In this document: in pieces, positions 52,952 to 63,554 of the stretch | Layout of the letters: every line of letters begins with the position of its first letter | Numbering within the stretch: position 1 is the stretch's first letter | Source: an uncultured delta proteobacterium | GTDB taxonomy: Bacteria; Myxococcota_A; Polyangia; Haliangiales; Haliangiaceae | Length of the DNA stretch: 64,000 nucleotides | NCBI GenBank assembly: GCA_963848295.1 | Contig: CAWKDB010000010.1 | Coordinates: 1,184,001-1,248,000, forward strand | Direction of reading: 5' to 3' | Position numbers and translations under genes: made by a program | Notes under the pieces: model-generated | What the model was told of the DNA's origin: nothing | Databases searched by the model: none | Seen by the model: only the letters and a program-made list of their open reading frames with translations

Positions 52952-55399
52952 TCACGCCTTGACCTTCTTGTTCTCCGGGTCGTACAGCGGCTTCAACGAC
53001 GCGACTACCGGCCAGCGCCGATCGGCGATCTCGACGTCCCAGCTGCCGGCTTCGATCCACTTGCCGTCGATCGCGGCGCCGTCCTTCGACTCGATCATCG
53101 CGAGGCCGACCGCGCCGCCGAGCGTGTGGCCGTACGAAGCCGCCCGGAGGTAGCCGACCGGGACGCTGTCGCGGCGCACGACCTCGGCGTGGAACAGCAT
53201 CGGCTCGGGATCCTTGACCAGGATCTGCAGCAGGCGCTTCTTCAACGGCCCGGCGGCCTTGTCGGCGACGACCGCGTCCTTGCCGAGAAACCCGCCCGGC
53301 TTCTTGAGATCGACCGCGAAGCCCAGGCCCGCTTCGAGCACGCTGTCGGTGTTGTCGATGTCGTGGCCGTAGTCGCGGTACCCCTTCTCCATCCGGCAGC
53401 TCGCGAGCGTCTTCAGCCCGGCGTGGACGAGCCCGACCTGCTCGCCCGCCGCGACCAGCCGATCGTAGACGTGCAGCGCTTGCTCGGTGGGGATGTACAG
53501 CTCGTAGCCGAGCTCGCCGAGGTACGTGATGCGGATGCACAGCACGCGCGCGAAGCCGATGTCGATGTCGCGCGCGCAGCGAAACGGGAACACCTCGTTG
53601 CTCATATCGACGGCGGTGACGAGCTGCATCAGCTCGCGCGACCGCGGCCCCTGGATGTTGATCTGCGCGTAGCCGCTCGTCACGTCGGACACGAACGCAT
53701 GCGCGTCGCCGAGATTGCGCTTCATCCAGGTCTCGACGTGGCGATGCACGGTGTCCGAGCCGACGACCCAGAACCGCTCGTCATCGAGCTTGGTCACCGT
53801 GAGGTCGGCCTGCAGCTTGCCGGCGACATCGAGCCACTGCGTGTACGTGATCTGACCGGCGGCGCCGTCGACGTGATTGGCGGAGATCCAGTCGAGCATC
53901 TTGCCGGCGTCGCGGCCCTCGACCCGGAACTTCGACATGAACGACATGTCCATCAGGATCACGCCCTCGCGCGCCGCGCGATGCTCGCGCTGCCACTCGG
54001 GGAACCAGCTCGGCTTGCCGAACGTCAGCGCGTTATCCGGGTTGCCGTACCAGTCGGCGCCTTCCCAGCCGCTGACGTCGCGAAAGTACGCACCGCGCGC
54101 CGCGAGGCGATCGTAGAACGGCGACTGCTTCGCGCCGCGCGCGGTCATCATCGAGCGCGTCGGGTAGTGGCACTGGTAGACCATGCCGAGCGACTCGACG
54201 GTGCGCGTCTTCCGGTACTCCGCGTTCGCCTGATACGGGTGCAGCCGGTCGATGTTCATCGCGGTGATGTCGACGTCGGGCCGGCCGTTGATGATCCAAT
54301 GCGCGAGCACGCGGCCCATGCCGCCGCCGGTGAGGATGCCGATCGAGTTGAGGCCGGCGGCGACGAAGAAGTTCTCGAGCTCGGGCGCCTCGCCGACGAT
54401 CGGCTGCAAGTCCGGCGTGAAGCTCTCGGGGCCGCAGAAGAACTTCTTGACGCCCGCGTCCATCGAGATCGGCACGCGCTGCATCGCCTTCTCGACGTAG
54501 CCGCCCATCCGATCCCAATCCGGTTGGATCTCGCCGAACGAGAAGTCCTCGGGCACCCCGCCGACGTTCCACGGCGCGCAGATCGGCTCGAACAGGCCGA
54601 TCATCAAGCCGCCGACCTCCTCGCGGAAGTACGCGTGCGACGCCGGATCCTCGAGCACCGGCCAGGTGTTGCCGAGCTCTTTGATCCGCTCGGTGATCAG
54701 GTAATAGTGCTCGGCCGACTGCAGCGGCACGGTGACGCCGGCCTTCGCGGCGAGCTGGCGCGCCCACATGCCGGCGCAGTTGACGACGTATTCGGCTTCG
54801 ATGTTGCCGAACGCGGTCGTCACGCCGGTGACCGCGCCGCGCTTGGTCAGCAGGCCGGTGACCGGCACGCCCTCGAGGACCCGCACGCCTTGCTGGCGTG
54901 CGCCTTTGGACAGCGCGAGCGTGACGTCGACCGGGTTCACGCGGCCGTCTTCTTTGACGTAGAACCCGGCGAGGAGGTCGTCGGTGCGGGCGAGCGGGAA
55001 CAGGTCCTTGACCTGCGCGGGCGAGATCTCGTGGACATCGACGCCGCAGTAGCGGTTGAACGCGGACACCCGGCGATATTCCTCGAGCCGATCGCGATCG
55101 CTCGCGACCTCGATGAACCCGACCGCCTTGAACCCGGTCGCCTGGTCGGTCTCGGCTTCGAGCCGCGCGTAGAGATCGCGCGTGTACTTGCGCATCTCGG
55201 TCGAGGTCTCGGACGTCGAGCCGAACGTCACCATCAGGCCGGCGGCATGCCAGGTCGTACCGGAGGTAATGCGATCGCGCTCGAGCAGCACGACGTCCTT
55301 CCAGCCCATGTGCGCGAGGTGGTACGCGACCGAGCAGCCGATGATCCCGCCCCCGACGACGACGACGCGCGCGCGGCTCGGCAGGACGACTTCTGGCAT
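52952..55399 (-). CDS. GcvT-family FAD dehydrogenase (dimethylglycine/sarcosine dehydrogenase-like)
   Basis: GGGIIG, SGTTWHAAG, GPESFTPD, TYLGELGYELY, RMEKGYR. Confidence 0.93.
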   Translation of the reverse strand: MPEVVLPSRARVVVVGGGIIGCSVAYHLAHMGWKDVVLLERDRITSGTTWHAAGLMVTFGSTSETSTEMRKYTRDLYARLEAETDQATGFKAVGFIEVASDRDRLEEYRRVSAFNRYCGVDVHEISPAQVKDLFPLARTDDLLAGFYVKEDGRVNPVDVTLALSKGARQQGVRVLEGVPVTGLLTKRGAVTGVTTAFGNIEAEYVVNCAGMWARQLAAKAGVTVPLQSAEHYYLITERIKELGNTWPVLEDPASHAYFREEVGGLMIGLFEPICAPWNVGGVPEDFSFGEIQPDWDRMGGYVEKAMQRVPISMDAGVKKFFCGPESFTPDLQPIVGEAPELENFFVAAGLNSIGILTGGGMGRVLAHWIINGRPDVDITAMNIDRLHPYQANAEYRKTRTVESLGMVYQCHYPTRSMMTARGAKQSPFYDRLAARGAYFRDVSGWEGADWYGNPDNALTFGKPSWFPEWQREHRAAREGVILMDMSFMSKFRVEGRDAGKMLDWISANHVDGAAGQITYTQWLDVAGKLQADLTVTKLDDERFWVVGSDTVHRHVETWMKRNLGDAHAFVSDVTSGYAQINIQGPRSRELMQLVTAVDMSNEVFPFRCARDIDIGFARVLCIRITYLGELGYELYIPTEQALHVYDRLVAAGEQVGLVHAGLKTLASCRMEKGYRDYGHDIDNTDSVLEAGLGFAVDLKKPGGFLGKDAVVADKAAGPLKKRLLQILVKDPEPMLFHAEVVRRDSVPVGYLRAASYGHTLGGAVGLAMIESKDGAAIDGKWIEAGSWDVEIADRRWPVVASLKPLYDPENKKVKA

Positions 55400-55440
55400 G
55401 GGCGCGCCAGGATAGCAGCCGGTGGAGGCGATCGCGCGGT

Positions 55441-56067
55441 TCAGCGCAAGCTAGCGCGCAGCTTGCGGACCGCCTCGTTGACGGATTCGAGGTTCGCGAC
55501 CCGGCAGATCAGCGCGAGGTCGAGCGCGGGCAGGCAGACGCTGCGCTTGCGGCGCTGATAGCCGGCTTCTGCGAGCACGAACACCGCGATCGCGTCGCGT
55601 TCCCAGAACCAGACCTCGGCGACGCCGAGGCGCGCGTAGATCTCGAGCTTGTCGATGCCGCCGCTCGTCCACGTGACCTCGATCGCGAGGTCGGGCCGGC
55701 CCTGCTCGCGGGCCTTGTTCCGGGGCTTGTCGCCGAACACGTAGCACTCGTCGGGCTCTAGTCCCGCGTTCTTCGGTTTGCGCTTGAGCAGCCAGCTGCC
55801 GATCGCCCAGAACGTGATGTCGCGCTCGAGGCAGTACTGCTCGACGAGGACCGCGAGCATCGACTTCGTCTCTTCGTGGCCATCTGAGGGCGACATCAGC
55901 TCTACCATCCCGTCGAGGTAGGCCATGCGCGGTGCCGGCGCGTCGCCGCGGATCGCGAGCAGCTGCTCGAAGTCCGCCCAGCTCCGCCCGTTGAGCACGA
56001 TCCGCTCGTCCGCGGTCGGCGTGTGTTCGCCGATCGGAACGCGCGAGCTCGTCATCCGAGACTCCAT
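55441..56067 (-). CDS. Uma2-family endonuclease
   Basis: ELMSPSDGHE, EPDECY, PDLAIEV, KLEIYARLGVAEVWFW. Confidence 0.9.
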   Translation of the reverse strand: MESRMTSSRVPIGEHTPTADERIVLNGRSWADFEQLLAIRGDAPAPRMAYLDGMVELMSPSDGHEETKSMLAVLVEQYCLERDITFWAIGSWLLKRKPKNAGLEPDECYVFGDKPRNKAREQGRPDLAIEVTWTSGGIDKLEIYARLGVAEVWFWERDAIAVFVLAEAGYQRRKRSVCLPALDLALICRVANLESVNEAVRKLRASLR

Positions 56068-56279
56068 CACGGCCATTGTAGCTGATCGCTTCAGCAGGCC
56101 ACGGGCCATTCGAAGTGCGCGACATCGCATCGCCGAATGGCCGGATCGTCCGACGGTTGGCCGGATGTGGACGACTCGTCCCGGACGAGCCTAGTCGAGC
56201 ACACCCGAGCCATCGCCCGACTCGTCGGGCGAAAGCTCGCTTGATCGGCGGCAGGTCGGCAGCTCGGTCTGGCGCCCGC

Positions 56280-56379
56280 AAGGTGACAAAAGAGACAGCG
56301 TCACCAATTTTGTTGCACGATCCAGCATGGATGGCCGGCATGGCTTCGGCGGCAAGTTGACAATAGAGACAGCGTCCCC
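56280..56379 (-). repeat. Second pair of the 26-nt repeat, inverted, period 74 nt
   Basis: aaggtgacaaaagagacagcgtcacc is the exact reverse complement of 48425-48450; a degenerate copy lies at 56354-56379. Confidence 0.9.
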
Positions 56380-56381
56380 AG

Positions 56382-57131
56382 CTAGCTAAGGCGCTTGCGG
56401 ACGGTGTCTTGTTTCTGGCGCAGCTTTGCGGCTAGCTCTTCGCGACCGAGGAGGCCGGCGCGGGTGGCGCCGATGCCGAGCCAGCGCACGGCGTAGGAGA
56501 TGTTGCCGCGGGCCAGAAAGGCGCGACTCGCCGACAGCGCGACCGCGACGTCGTTCAGATCTTCGTCGTGGCGGCGGATGAACAGGGCCTCGGCTTGGTC
56601 GACGCGACCGGCGCTGACGTAGACGTCGGCGAGGCCGTCGCGCATCGCGCCGATGCGGACCGCGCCGTGGGGCTCGCGCGAGAGCACCTGCGCGTAGGCG
56701 GCGACGAACTGCTCGTAGGCGGTCACCGCGCGATCGAGTTGGTCCGCGCCGAGCGACATCGCGAGCTCGAGGAACGGCGCGTAGAACACGTAGCTGTCAA
56801 TCGGGCACTCGAGCACGCCGAGGACCTCGGTCAGGTCGAGCGCGCCATCTTGGTGGGCGGCGGCCGCGAGCGTGGCGGCCTCGATCGCGATGCCGGTGCC
56901 GGCGAACTGAGCGCGCGCCGCTTCGAGCCCGTGCAGCCGGACGATCGCGGAGACGCGCTCGGCCCGCGCGACGTGCTCGGTGATGTGATCCCAGTCGAGC
57001 CGGTTCGCCGCTTCCGGCGACGCCGGGCTCGTGAACTCGGGAGCGAAGTGGTCGTCGTAGGTCGCGCCGTCGGCGGTCAGCGCGCGGCGGGCAGCGGCGA
57101 TCTCGTCGGCGGACAGCCAGCTGATCCGCAT
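56382..57131 (-). CDS. Hypothetical helical/TPR-like protein
   Basis: Open frame with typical codon bias; TATAGT 6 nt upstream of the ATG. Confidence 0.75.
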   Translation of the reverse strand: MRISWLSADEIAAARRALTADGATYDDHFAPEFTSPASPEAANRLDWDHITEHVARAERVSAIVRLHGLEAARAQFAGTGIAIEAATLAAAAHQDGALDLTEVLGVLECPIDSYVFYAPFLELAMSLGADQLDRAVTAYEQFVAAYAQVLSREPHGAVRIGAMRDGLADVYVSAGRVDQAEALFIRRHDEDLNDVAVALSASRAFLARGNISYAVRWLGIGATRAGLLGREELAAKLRQKQDTVRKRLS

Positions 57132-57186
57132 CTATCCACTATAGGCCAGGAATGGTCCGGCTCCGCCGTCATTTTCCTGCGCAGCC

Positions 57187-58068
57187 CTACTTCTTCTTCC
57201 GCGGCGCTGGCTTCTTGTTCTTGTCGGCTGGCGCAGCACCGCCAAGCGATTGGATCTCTTCCTGCGCCCGCTTCTGGCCGGCGGAGTCCTTGCCCTTGTT
57301 GGCCTCTAGGTAGTGGTTGAGTGCGTCGACCGCCTTGTCGTTGTCGTGGTTCTCCTTGTACATGAAGCCGAGGTCGAACCAGCCGTCGGCGTTGCCGGGG
57401 TCGAGGCTCGTGGCCTTCTCGTACTCGGGGATCGCCTTGTCGGGATCCTGCTTGCGGCGATACGCGGCGCCGAGGTTGAAGTGATAGCTGGCGTCGTTCG
57501 GGTTGAGCTCGATCGCCTTTTGGAACGCGGCGATCGCGTCGTCCTCGCGCTTGGCGAACCGATACGCGACGCCGAGGTTGTTCTCCCACTCGTCCGAGTC
57601 GGGCTTGAGCTTGACCGCCATCTCGAGGTCGACGATCGCCCCGGCGGTGTCGCCCTTCTGCCGCCGCACCGTGCCGAGGTTCGCGCGAATCTCGGCGTCC
57701 TTCGGATCGAGCTTGCACGCGGTGACCAGCGCCTCGAGCGCTTTATCCACCTGCTGGTTGCGGTAGTACGCCATGCCGAGGTTCGCCCACACGACCTTGT
57801 CCTTCTTGATCCCGACGATCGCGTGCTCGTACGCGTCGACCGCCTTCGGCATCTCCTTCTTCGCCTTGTACAGGTGGCCGAGCGAAGCCCACGCCATGTA
57901 GTGCTTGGGATTCGCGGCGACCGCGTGCTCGAGCGCGTCGATCGCCTGGTCGGTCTTGCCCTGCTGTTTGTAGGCGAGACCTTCCTTGTAGTAGCTGTCC
58001 GAATCTTTGTCGGCGAGTGCCTGGCCCGTGAGCCCGAGGCAGATCACGATCGCTGCGAGCGCGCGCAT
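57187..58068 (-). CDS. Secreted TPR protein
   Basis: Signal peptide; about seven TPRs (WANLGMAY, NNLGVAY, FNLGAAY); GGAGG RBS. Confidence 0.9.
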   Translation of the reverse strand: MRALAAIVICLGLTGQALADKDSDSYYKEGLAYKQQGKTDQAIDALEHAVAANPKHYMAWASLGHLYKAKKEMPKAVDAYEHAIVGIKKDKVVWANLGMAYYRNQQVDKALEALVTACKLDPKDAEIRANLGTVRRQKGDTAGAIVDLEMAVKLKPDSDEWENNLGVAYRFAKREDDAIAAFQKAIELNPNDASYHFNLGAAYRRKQDPDKAIPEYEKATSLDPGNADGWFDLGFMYKENHDNDKAVDALNHYLEANKGKDSAGQKRAQEEIQSLGGAAPADKNKKPAPRKKK

Positions 58069-58104
58069 GCGTCCTCCTGAGCCGTGATCGTATCCCTTTG
58101 GGGC

Positions 58105-58138
58105 CGAAAATGCGAAGGGGCTCCGTCGAAGCCCCTCG
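58105..58138 (-). terminator. Probable intrinsic terminator after the TonB receptor
   Basis: Stem aggggct/agcccct with a short U-tract on the minus strand. Confidence 0.5.
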
Positions 58139-58161
58139 AGGTCAACTTCGCGAGTCGAAGC

Positions 58162-61100
58162 TCAGAACAGCAACCGCAGACCGAAGCGGAAGCTGCGCGG
58201 CAGCGTGAGCTGGGTCGCCTGGTTGAAGTTCTTGTTCGGCGTCAGCGTGATGTTCTGCGGCACGCCGTTGGAGTCTTCCGACTTCTCGTGCATCAGGTCC
58301 TTCGAGTCGCCGCCGACGATCGGGTTCGCGTTGTCGAACGTGTAGTTCTCGTCGACGACGAGCTCGTCCTGCGTGTTAAACAGGTTGAACACGTCCATGA
58401 ACGCCTCGAGCGTGCGCTTCTTGTCGATCTTGTAGCCGTACGCGACGTGGATATCGAGCTCGCTCGTCACCGGCTCGCGCGCGAAGGCGCCGCGCGGCAG
58501 CAGGTACGACTCGCCGAGGCCGTAGGTCGGGTGGCCACCGAGCGTGTCGACCGGGATGCCGGACTGCGCGCGGGCACTGACGCCGGTCGTGAGCTGACCG
58601 GCCTTCTTGAGATCGAACAGGTAGAACCCGTCGAGCTTGACGTTGTGCGGGCGGTCGAGGCCGAGGAAGCCGTAGCGGTTGCCGAGCAGCTCGGGCAAGT
58701 CGTACTGCGACGTGATGTTCGGATCGAGCTGGTTGGTCTCGGTCGAGAACAGACCGGGGTAGTTACCCTTCTCGACCGAGTAGGTGTACGACGCCATCAG
58801 CAGCGACTTGTGCGTCGGGCGCTGCTCGAGCCGAACCGTGACCGCGTCGTAGTTGCGGCTCGGCGGATCCTCGTTCTTGATGAACGACAGCTCCTGCGAG
58901 CGGGTCTCCAGCGCCGACGCGAGGTTCGGGTTCGTCGTCATGATCGCCTGCGCCTGCGCGTGGAGCTGCGCGGCCTGCGCGTCGTAGTTCTGGCCGGGGT
59001 TCGCGATGATGTAGTCGTTGCCGCCGTCGGTCGACATGTCCTCGATGATCGTGGGCAGCGTGCGGTGGGTCCAGGTCAAGCTCGCCTTGAAGTCCGGCAT
59101 GATCTCGTACTCGGTGCCGAGCACGAGCTCTTGGGTGTACTGGCCCTTCAGTCCCGGCGCGACGTACTCGGCGCCACCGCCGAACAGACCTGCGGTCACG
59201 CTGTCGGTGCACTGCTGGATCGCGAGGCCGGCGTTCGGAGTCGCCGCGTTGCCGTGATCGGCGGCGCAGTTCGGATCCATCCCGAGCTGGTGCGCGTTCA
59301 AGAACCGGATGTTGTCGATCTCGCCGCCGAACGAGCGGACGTTGATGTCCATCGGGATGTTCTCGTAGAACCAGCCGTAGTGGCCGAAGATCTTCGACTT
59401 ACCTTCCTCGGTCGGATCCCAGATGATGCCGAGGCGCGGCGCCCAGTTGTTGAGCGTGAACGCCGTCGACGGCACGATCTCGCCGGTCGGCGCGGCGGTG
59501 CCGACGAGCTGCGACGCGGTCAGCGCCGCCTGCTGCTCGAACCGGACGCCGAGGTTGACCGTGAAGTTCGGGCGGATCTGCCATGAGTCCTGGAGGTAGG
59601 CGCCGATGCTGCGGTCGCTTGTGTTCGCGAGGCGATTGTTGACCGGACCGCAGATCGCGAGACCGCCCGAGCACACCGCCTGGCCGGACGGCAGCGTCTT
59701 ACCAAAAGCGTTCGGGTCGGCCATGTTCGCCGCGATCTGGGCCGGCGTCAGGTTGCCGACGATCTGATCGTAGCTGTTCGCTTGCCAGACGCCGGGTAAC
59801 GCGTTCGCGGCATCGCTGCACGCGCCGGTGGTCGGATCGTTATTGCAAGTGCGCTGAAGCGCGACGCCGCCGGTGTCGAACTGCGTCGTGTTGTAGCTCG
59901 AGCCTTCGTAGTCGACGCCGGCCTTGAACAGGTGGTAGCCGAGGAACTTCACGCGCTGGGTCACCGACAGCACCGCGGAGGTGCGGTCGTTGTTGCGCTG
60001 CTCGAGGAAGCCGAGGCCCTGGTCCGCGTAGTTCGTGATCGGGCACTTGCGGAAGCCCGCCGGGCTCCCCGGACCGTTGACCGGGTTGTCGTCGCAGGCC
60101 GCGATCGTCTGCGCGCCTTCGAGGTCGGCGAAGTCGTACAGCGAGCGCTCGTACTTGTACTGGGTCAGCGGCTCGCTGCCGACAGCGCTCGGCGAGCTCT
60201 GCAGCGTGTAGCCGTGGTGGTAGCCAACGACCGCGTCGATCTGGGTCTTGCCCTCGTTGAACTTCGAGGTGTAGCGGCCCGAGACGTCGTAGGCGCCGTC
60301 CTTCTCGTTGTACAGCGTGTCCTGCGGCGCGAACACCGCGGTGCCGACGCCGCTGTTCAAGTCGGAGTAGTTGCCGTTGCGCGGGTTGCCGAACGCCGAG
60401 ATCTGGAACTGGTTGTTCTGATCGATCGCGCCGTTGATCTTCGCGGTGAACGAGTACGTGCGCTGCTGGTTCGGAATGTCCAGGCTCGTGACGCGATCGT
60501 GCACGGTCAACCCGGTGGCAGGATCGATCTTCGCCGCACCCGTCGCCGGGTCATATTCCTGCGCCTGGACGAGGCGGCTGACCGTGGTCTGGCTGACCTG
60601 CGGGTCGAAGCCGACGTGGAACCACAGCTTGTCCTTGATGATCGGACCGCCGAGCTCGGCGCCGACGTCCCAGGTGTAGTCGAGGTTCGCCTGGGTATCG
60701 ACCGAGTTGCCCTCGCGCTGGATCGTCTTCGCGGTCGCGACCAACGCGCCCGGGGTGTAGTAGCCGAACACCGAGCCGTGGAACTCGTTCGAGCCCTGCT
60801 TGGTCACGACGTTGACGATGCCGCCGGTCGCGCGACCGTACTCGGCGTTGTAACCGCCGGTGATGATCTCGGTCTCTTGCACGAACTCGTTCGGCAAGTT
60901 CGACGACAATTGCCCGTAAGCGGTGTCGGTCGTGTTGATGCCTTCGACCACGTACGTGTTCTCGACCGAGGTCGCGCCGGACAGCGACGTGCCGTAGAAG
61001 TCGCCTTGCGCCGACGCCGCGGCGCCGAGCACTTCGCCGAACGTACGACCGGTCGGCACGTTGCGCGTGTAGTCGTCGGTCAGCGTGATGCCGGTCTTCG

Positions 61101-61530
61101 TCGAGCCCTGATCGATGACCGGGGCCGTACCGCGAATCTGGATGACTTCGCCCTTGGGCTTGCCGGCGCCGGCGCCGGAGTCGATCGTCACGTTGACGAC
61201 GGCCTCCTTACCGACCTGGATGAGCACGTTGCCTCGAGAGAACGTGCCGTCGTTGTAGTAGACGGTCAGGGTGTAGATACCCGGCGGCAGCGACGTGATG
61301 AAGTAGAGACCACCTTCGTCGGTGATCACCACCTGCTCGCCTTGGAGCGCGGGCGAGGTCGCGACGACGGTGGCGCCTGGAGCCGCCTCGCCGTTGACCT
61401 TGTCCTTGATCTCACCACGCAAGCTGCCGACGGTCGCAGACGCCTGCGCGTGCGCGGCGTGGTTGTCGATAAAGGTGCCGACCCCGAATGCGAGGGCGGC
61501 CATCATGAAAGCTGAAATTGCCTTGTTCAT
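58162..61530 (-). CDS. Oar-like TonB-dependent receptor
   Basis: Signal peptide; carboxypeptidase-regulatory-like domain; ENTYVVEG, TGGYNAEYGRATGG, TKQGSNEFHG; ends RFGLRLLF. Confidence 0.9.
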   Translation of the reverse strand: MNKAISAFMMAALAFGVGTFIDNHAAHAQASATVGSLRGEIKDKVNGEAAPGATVVATSPALQGEQVVITDEGGLYFITSLPPGIYTLTVYYNDGTFSRGNVLIQVGKEAVVNVTIDSGAGAGKPKGEVIQIRGTAPVIDQGSTKTGITLTDDYTRNVPTGRTFGEVLGAAASAQGDFYGTSLSGATSVENTYVVEGINTTDTAYGQLSSNLPNEFVQETEIITGGYNAEYGRATGGIVNVVTKQGSNEFHGSVFGYYTPGALVATAKTIQREGNSVDTQANLDYTWDVGAELGGPIIKDKLWFHVGFDPQVSQTTVSRLVQAQEYDPATGAAKIDPATGLTVHDRVTSLDIPNQQRTYSFTAKINGAIDQNNQFQISAFGNPRNGNYSDLNSGVGTAVFAPQDTLYNEKDGAYDVSGRYTSKFNEGKTQIDAVVGYHHGYTLQSSPSAVGSEPLTQYKYERSLYDFADLEGAQTIAACDDNPVNGPGSPAGFRKCPITNYADQGLGFLEQRNNDRTSAVLSVTQRVKFLGYHLFKAGVDYEGSSYNTTQFDTGGVALQRTCNNDPTTGACSDAANALPGVWQANSYDQIVGNLTPAQIAANMADPNAFGKTLPSGQAVCSGGLAICGPVNNRLANTSDRSIGAYLQDSWQIRPNFTVNLGVRFEQQAALTASQLVGTAAPTGEIVPSTAFTLNNWAPRLGIIWDPTEEGKSKIFGHYGWFYENIPMDINVRSFGGEIDNIRFLNAHQLGMDPNCAADHGNAATPNAGLAIQQCTDSVTAGLFGGGAEYVAPGLKGQYTQELVLGTEYEIMPDFKASLTWTHRTLPTIIEDMSTDGGNDYIIANPGQNYDAQAAQLHAQAQAIMTTNPNLASALETRSQELSFIKNEDPPSRNYDAVTVRLEQRPTHKSLLMASYTYSVEKGNYPGLFSTETNQLDPNITSQYDLPELLGNRYGFLGLDRPHNVKLDGFYLFDLKKAGQLTTGVSARAQSGIPVDTLGGHPTYGLGESYLLPRGAFAREPVTSELDIHVAYGYKIDKKRTLEAFMDVFNLFNTQDELVVDENYTFDNANPIVGGDSKDLMHEKSEDSNGVPQNITLTPNKNFNQATQLTLPRSFRFGLRLLF

Positions 61531-61547
61531 GGTGATGCTCCTCGCCC

Positions 61548-63309
61548 TCAGGGTAGGCAGTCCGGTCCGGTTGCGGCCGGCGCCGTGACGGTGAAGTTGA
61601 TGACCAGGTCCGTCGACTGCGTGTAGACATCCGCGGTCGGCGTGACGAGGTCACTGATCGCCGCGCCGTTCTTCAGCGTGAACGTGTACGAGCCGGGCGG
61701 CAGGTCGCCGGTCAGGTCGAGCACCGAGTTACCTGCGGCCGCATCGGCCGACGCGGCGAGCGCGACGTTCGGGCTCAGCGTGAAGTCCGTGCCCTGGGTG
61801 AGCGTCACCGGGTCCATCTGTTGGTTGAACGTCAGCTGGATCTCCGTCGGGTTGTTGCCGCTCGCGTCGCCGGTGACCGTGTCGTTGTCGTTCGGGCTCG
61901 ACGACACGAGCTGGATCTGCGCCGCGGTGGTGAACGTCGTCGTCGCCATGTCCGCCGCAGTGATCGTGTACGTGCCGGACTTGACGCACGCGCCGAGCTC
62001 GCCGCCCGGGCAGTCGTCGATCGTCGCGCCGGTGTTGACGGTCAGCGTGTATTGGGTGCCGAGCTTGTAGACGCCGGGGAACGTGACGTTGCCCGACAAG
62101 TCCGCGACCGGGCCGGCGAAGCCCTGCGGCGCCGGCGTGAGCGTGAACTCGGCCGGCAGCAACGACGCTGTCGTCCATGTACTGGTTGAAGTTGAGCTCG
62201 GCCGGCTGCGCCGGCGCGCTCGACGTCGAGCCGTCCGACGGCGTGACACCGACGAGCGTGATCGGGTTCGTCATGAATGCGGTCGCCGTATTGGTCGACG
62301 GGTCCGGCGTCATGAACATCGTCGCGACGCCGCAGTGATCCTTGATCATCGCGCCGTCGTTGAGCATCCACGCGTAGCCGAGGTTCGCGCCGAAGTCGCC
62401 GAACAGGAAGACTTCCTCTGGCGCCTCGGGTGCGACGCCGCCGTTGGCCACTGTCGGCGAGAACGCATAGTCGGCGGTGGACAGCGTCGGGACTCCAGTG
62501 GCGTCTACCTGGATCGGCGCGTTGAACGTCAGGTCGACGCCGGCAGCGATCGGATCGACCGTGGTCGGCATCGTCGAGTCCATGCTCTCGGTCGGCGAGA
62601 TCGCGGTGACGGTGAGCGGCGCGATCGCGAACTTGTATGGGCCGCGCTGGTCCGTCGGGACCGGGTTGCCGTCCTTGTCGACGACGTTGTCGTTGACCGT
62701 GATCGTGCACTCGGACTGGGTCGGCACTTGCGCGGGGCGCGCGATGCTGGCGACCAGCGAGGGCCCGACCGGCCAGGTGAACTTGTTACCGCTCGGCTGG
62801 TAGTAGCCGTCGTAGGGGAGCGTGACCATCGTGCCGGCCGCGTCCGCGCACTGCAGCACGAACGGCTTCGTGCTCGCGATCGAGCCGGAGTAGTTGCCGG
62901 TGGGTTGGCCGCTGCTGTCCAGGATCGGGATCAGATCCTCGATCGCCGGGTCGAGCAGCTCGTCGAACACGACGCGCACGTACCAGGTCTCCGGGGCCGC
63001 ATCCGTCAGCTCGGGGACGCCCATCGTCAGGTCATCTGGACAAACTTGGGTGGTGCCAGCGAACTCTGGAAGGTCGACGAGAGTCGGACGTTGCGGATCA
63101 CCCGTGTTGTCCTTCGCGTCATTCGGTCCCTGGGTCTTACAGAACGTCGCCGTCTCGATGACGCCGTTCGGATCGTCCAGGACGAGGACAGCGAGAACTT
63201 CCGGGGGACCATCGGGGCGCAGATCAGTCGGAAGAACCGGATCACTGCACGCTGCGAACATCCCAATCGTCGCCGTCGCGATTGCGACGCGCGGTCGATA
63301 GACGAGCAT
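61548..63309 (-). CDS. Lipoprotein with tandem Ig-like (Big_5-type) domains, apparent frameshift near 62170
   Basis: Lipobox FAAC; repeated (V/L)xF(D/N)...D units (VVFDELLD, LTFNAPI, LNFNQYMD, LTFNQQMD) across two frames; AGGGAGG RBS. Confidence 0.75.
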
Positions 63310-63480
63310 TAGTAGCCTCCCTAAGAGAATCTTTCGGCGGGGGAGTCATCGCCCATTCCTTTGGCAAACGCAAGCCGAAGACATCTTTCGTTTTGTCCAG
63401 AAAACGGCAAAGGATCGGCCCCGAGGCCGATCGATCAATCGGCTGTCCGGCGAAGCAAGGACGGCCGACTCCTTAGGCCG

Positions 63481-63503
63481 AGGGCCCCCGTTCACGGGGC
63501 CCT
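63481..63503. terminator. Hairpin downstream of recA
   Basis: agggccccc-gttcac-ggggccct; no clear U-tract. Confidence 0.4.
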
Positions 63504-63554
63504 GAGAACCGACCCTCGCGTCGCAGCCAGACGCGTCACATCTGTGACGCCAAA

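Noticed and set aside
55441..56067. Uma2 nuclease as a defence system or mobiliser of the adjacent repeats
   Set aside because: Uma2 genes are commonly scattered singletons in myxobacteria; no partner genes and no other supporting evidence.
48425..56381. Composite transposon bounded by inverted repeats
   Set aside because: No transposase, no evident target-site duplication, and the enclosed genes include core radA.
63361..63378. Sigma54 promoter upstream of the Ig-like lipoprotein
   Set aside because: GG-to-GC spacing is 9 nt, not 10.
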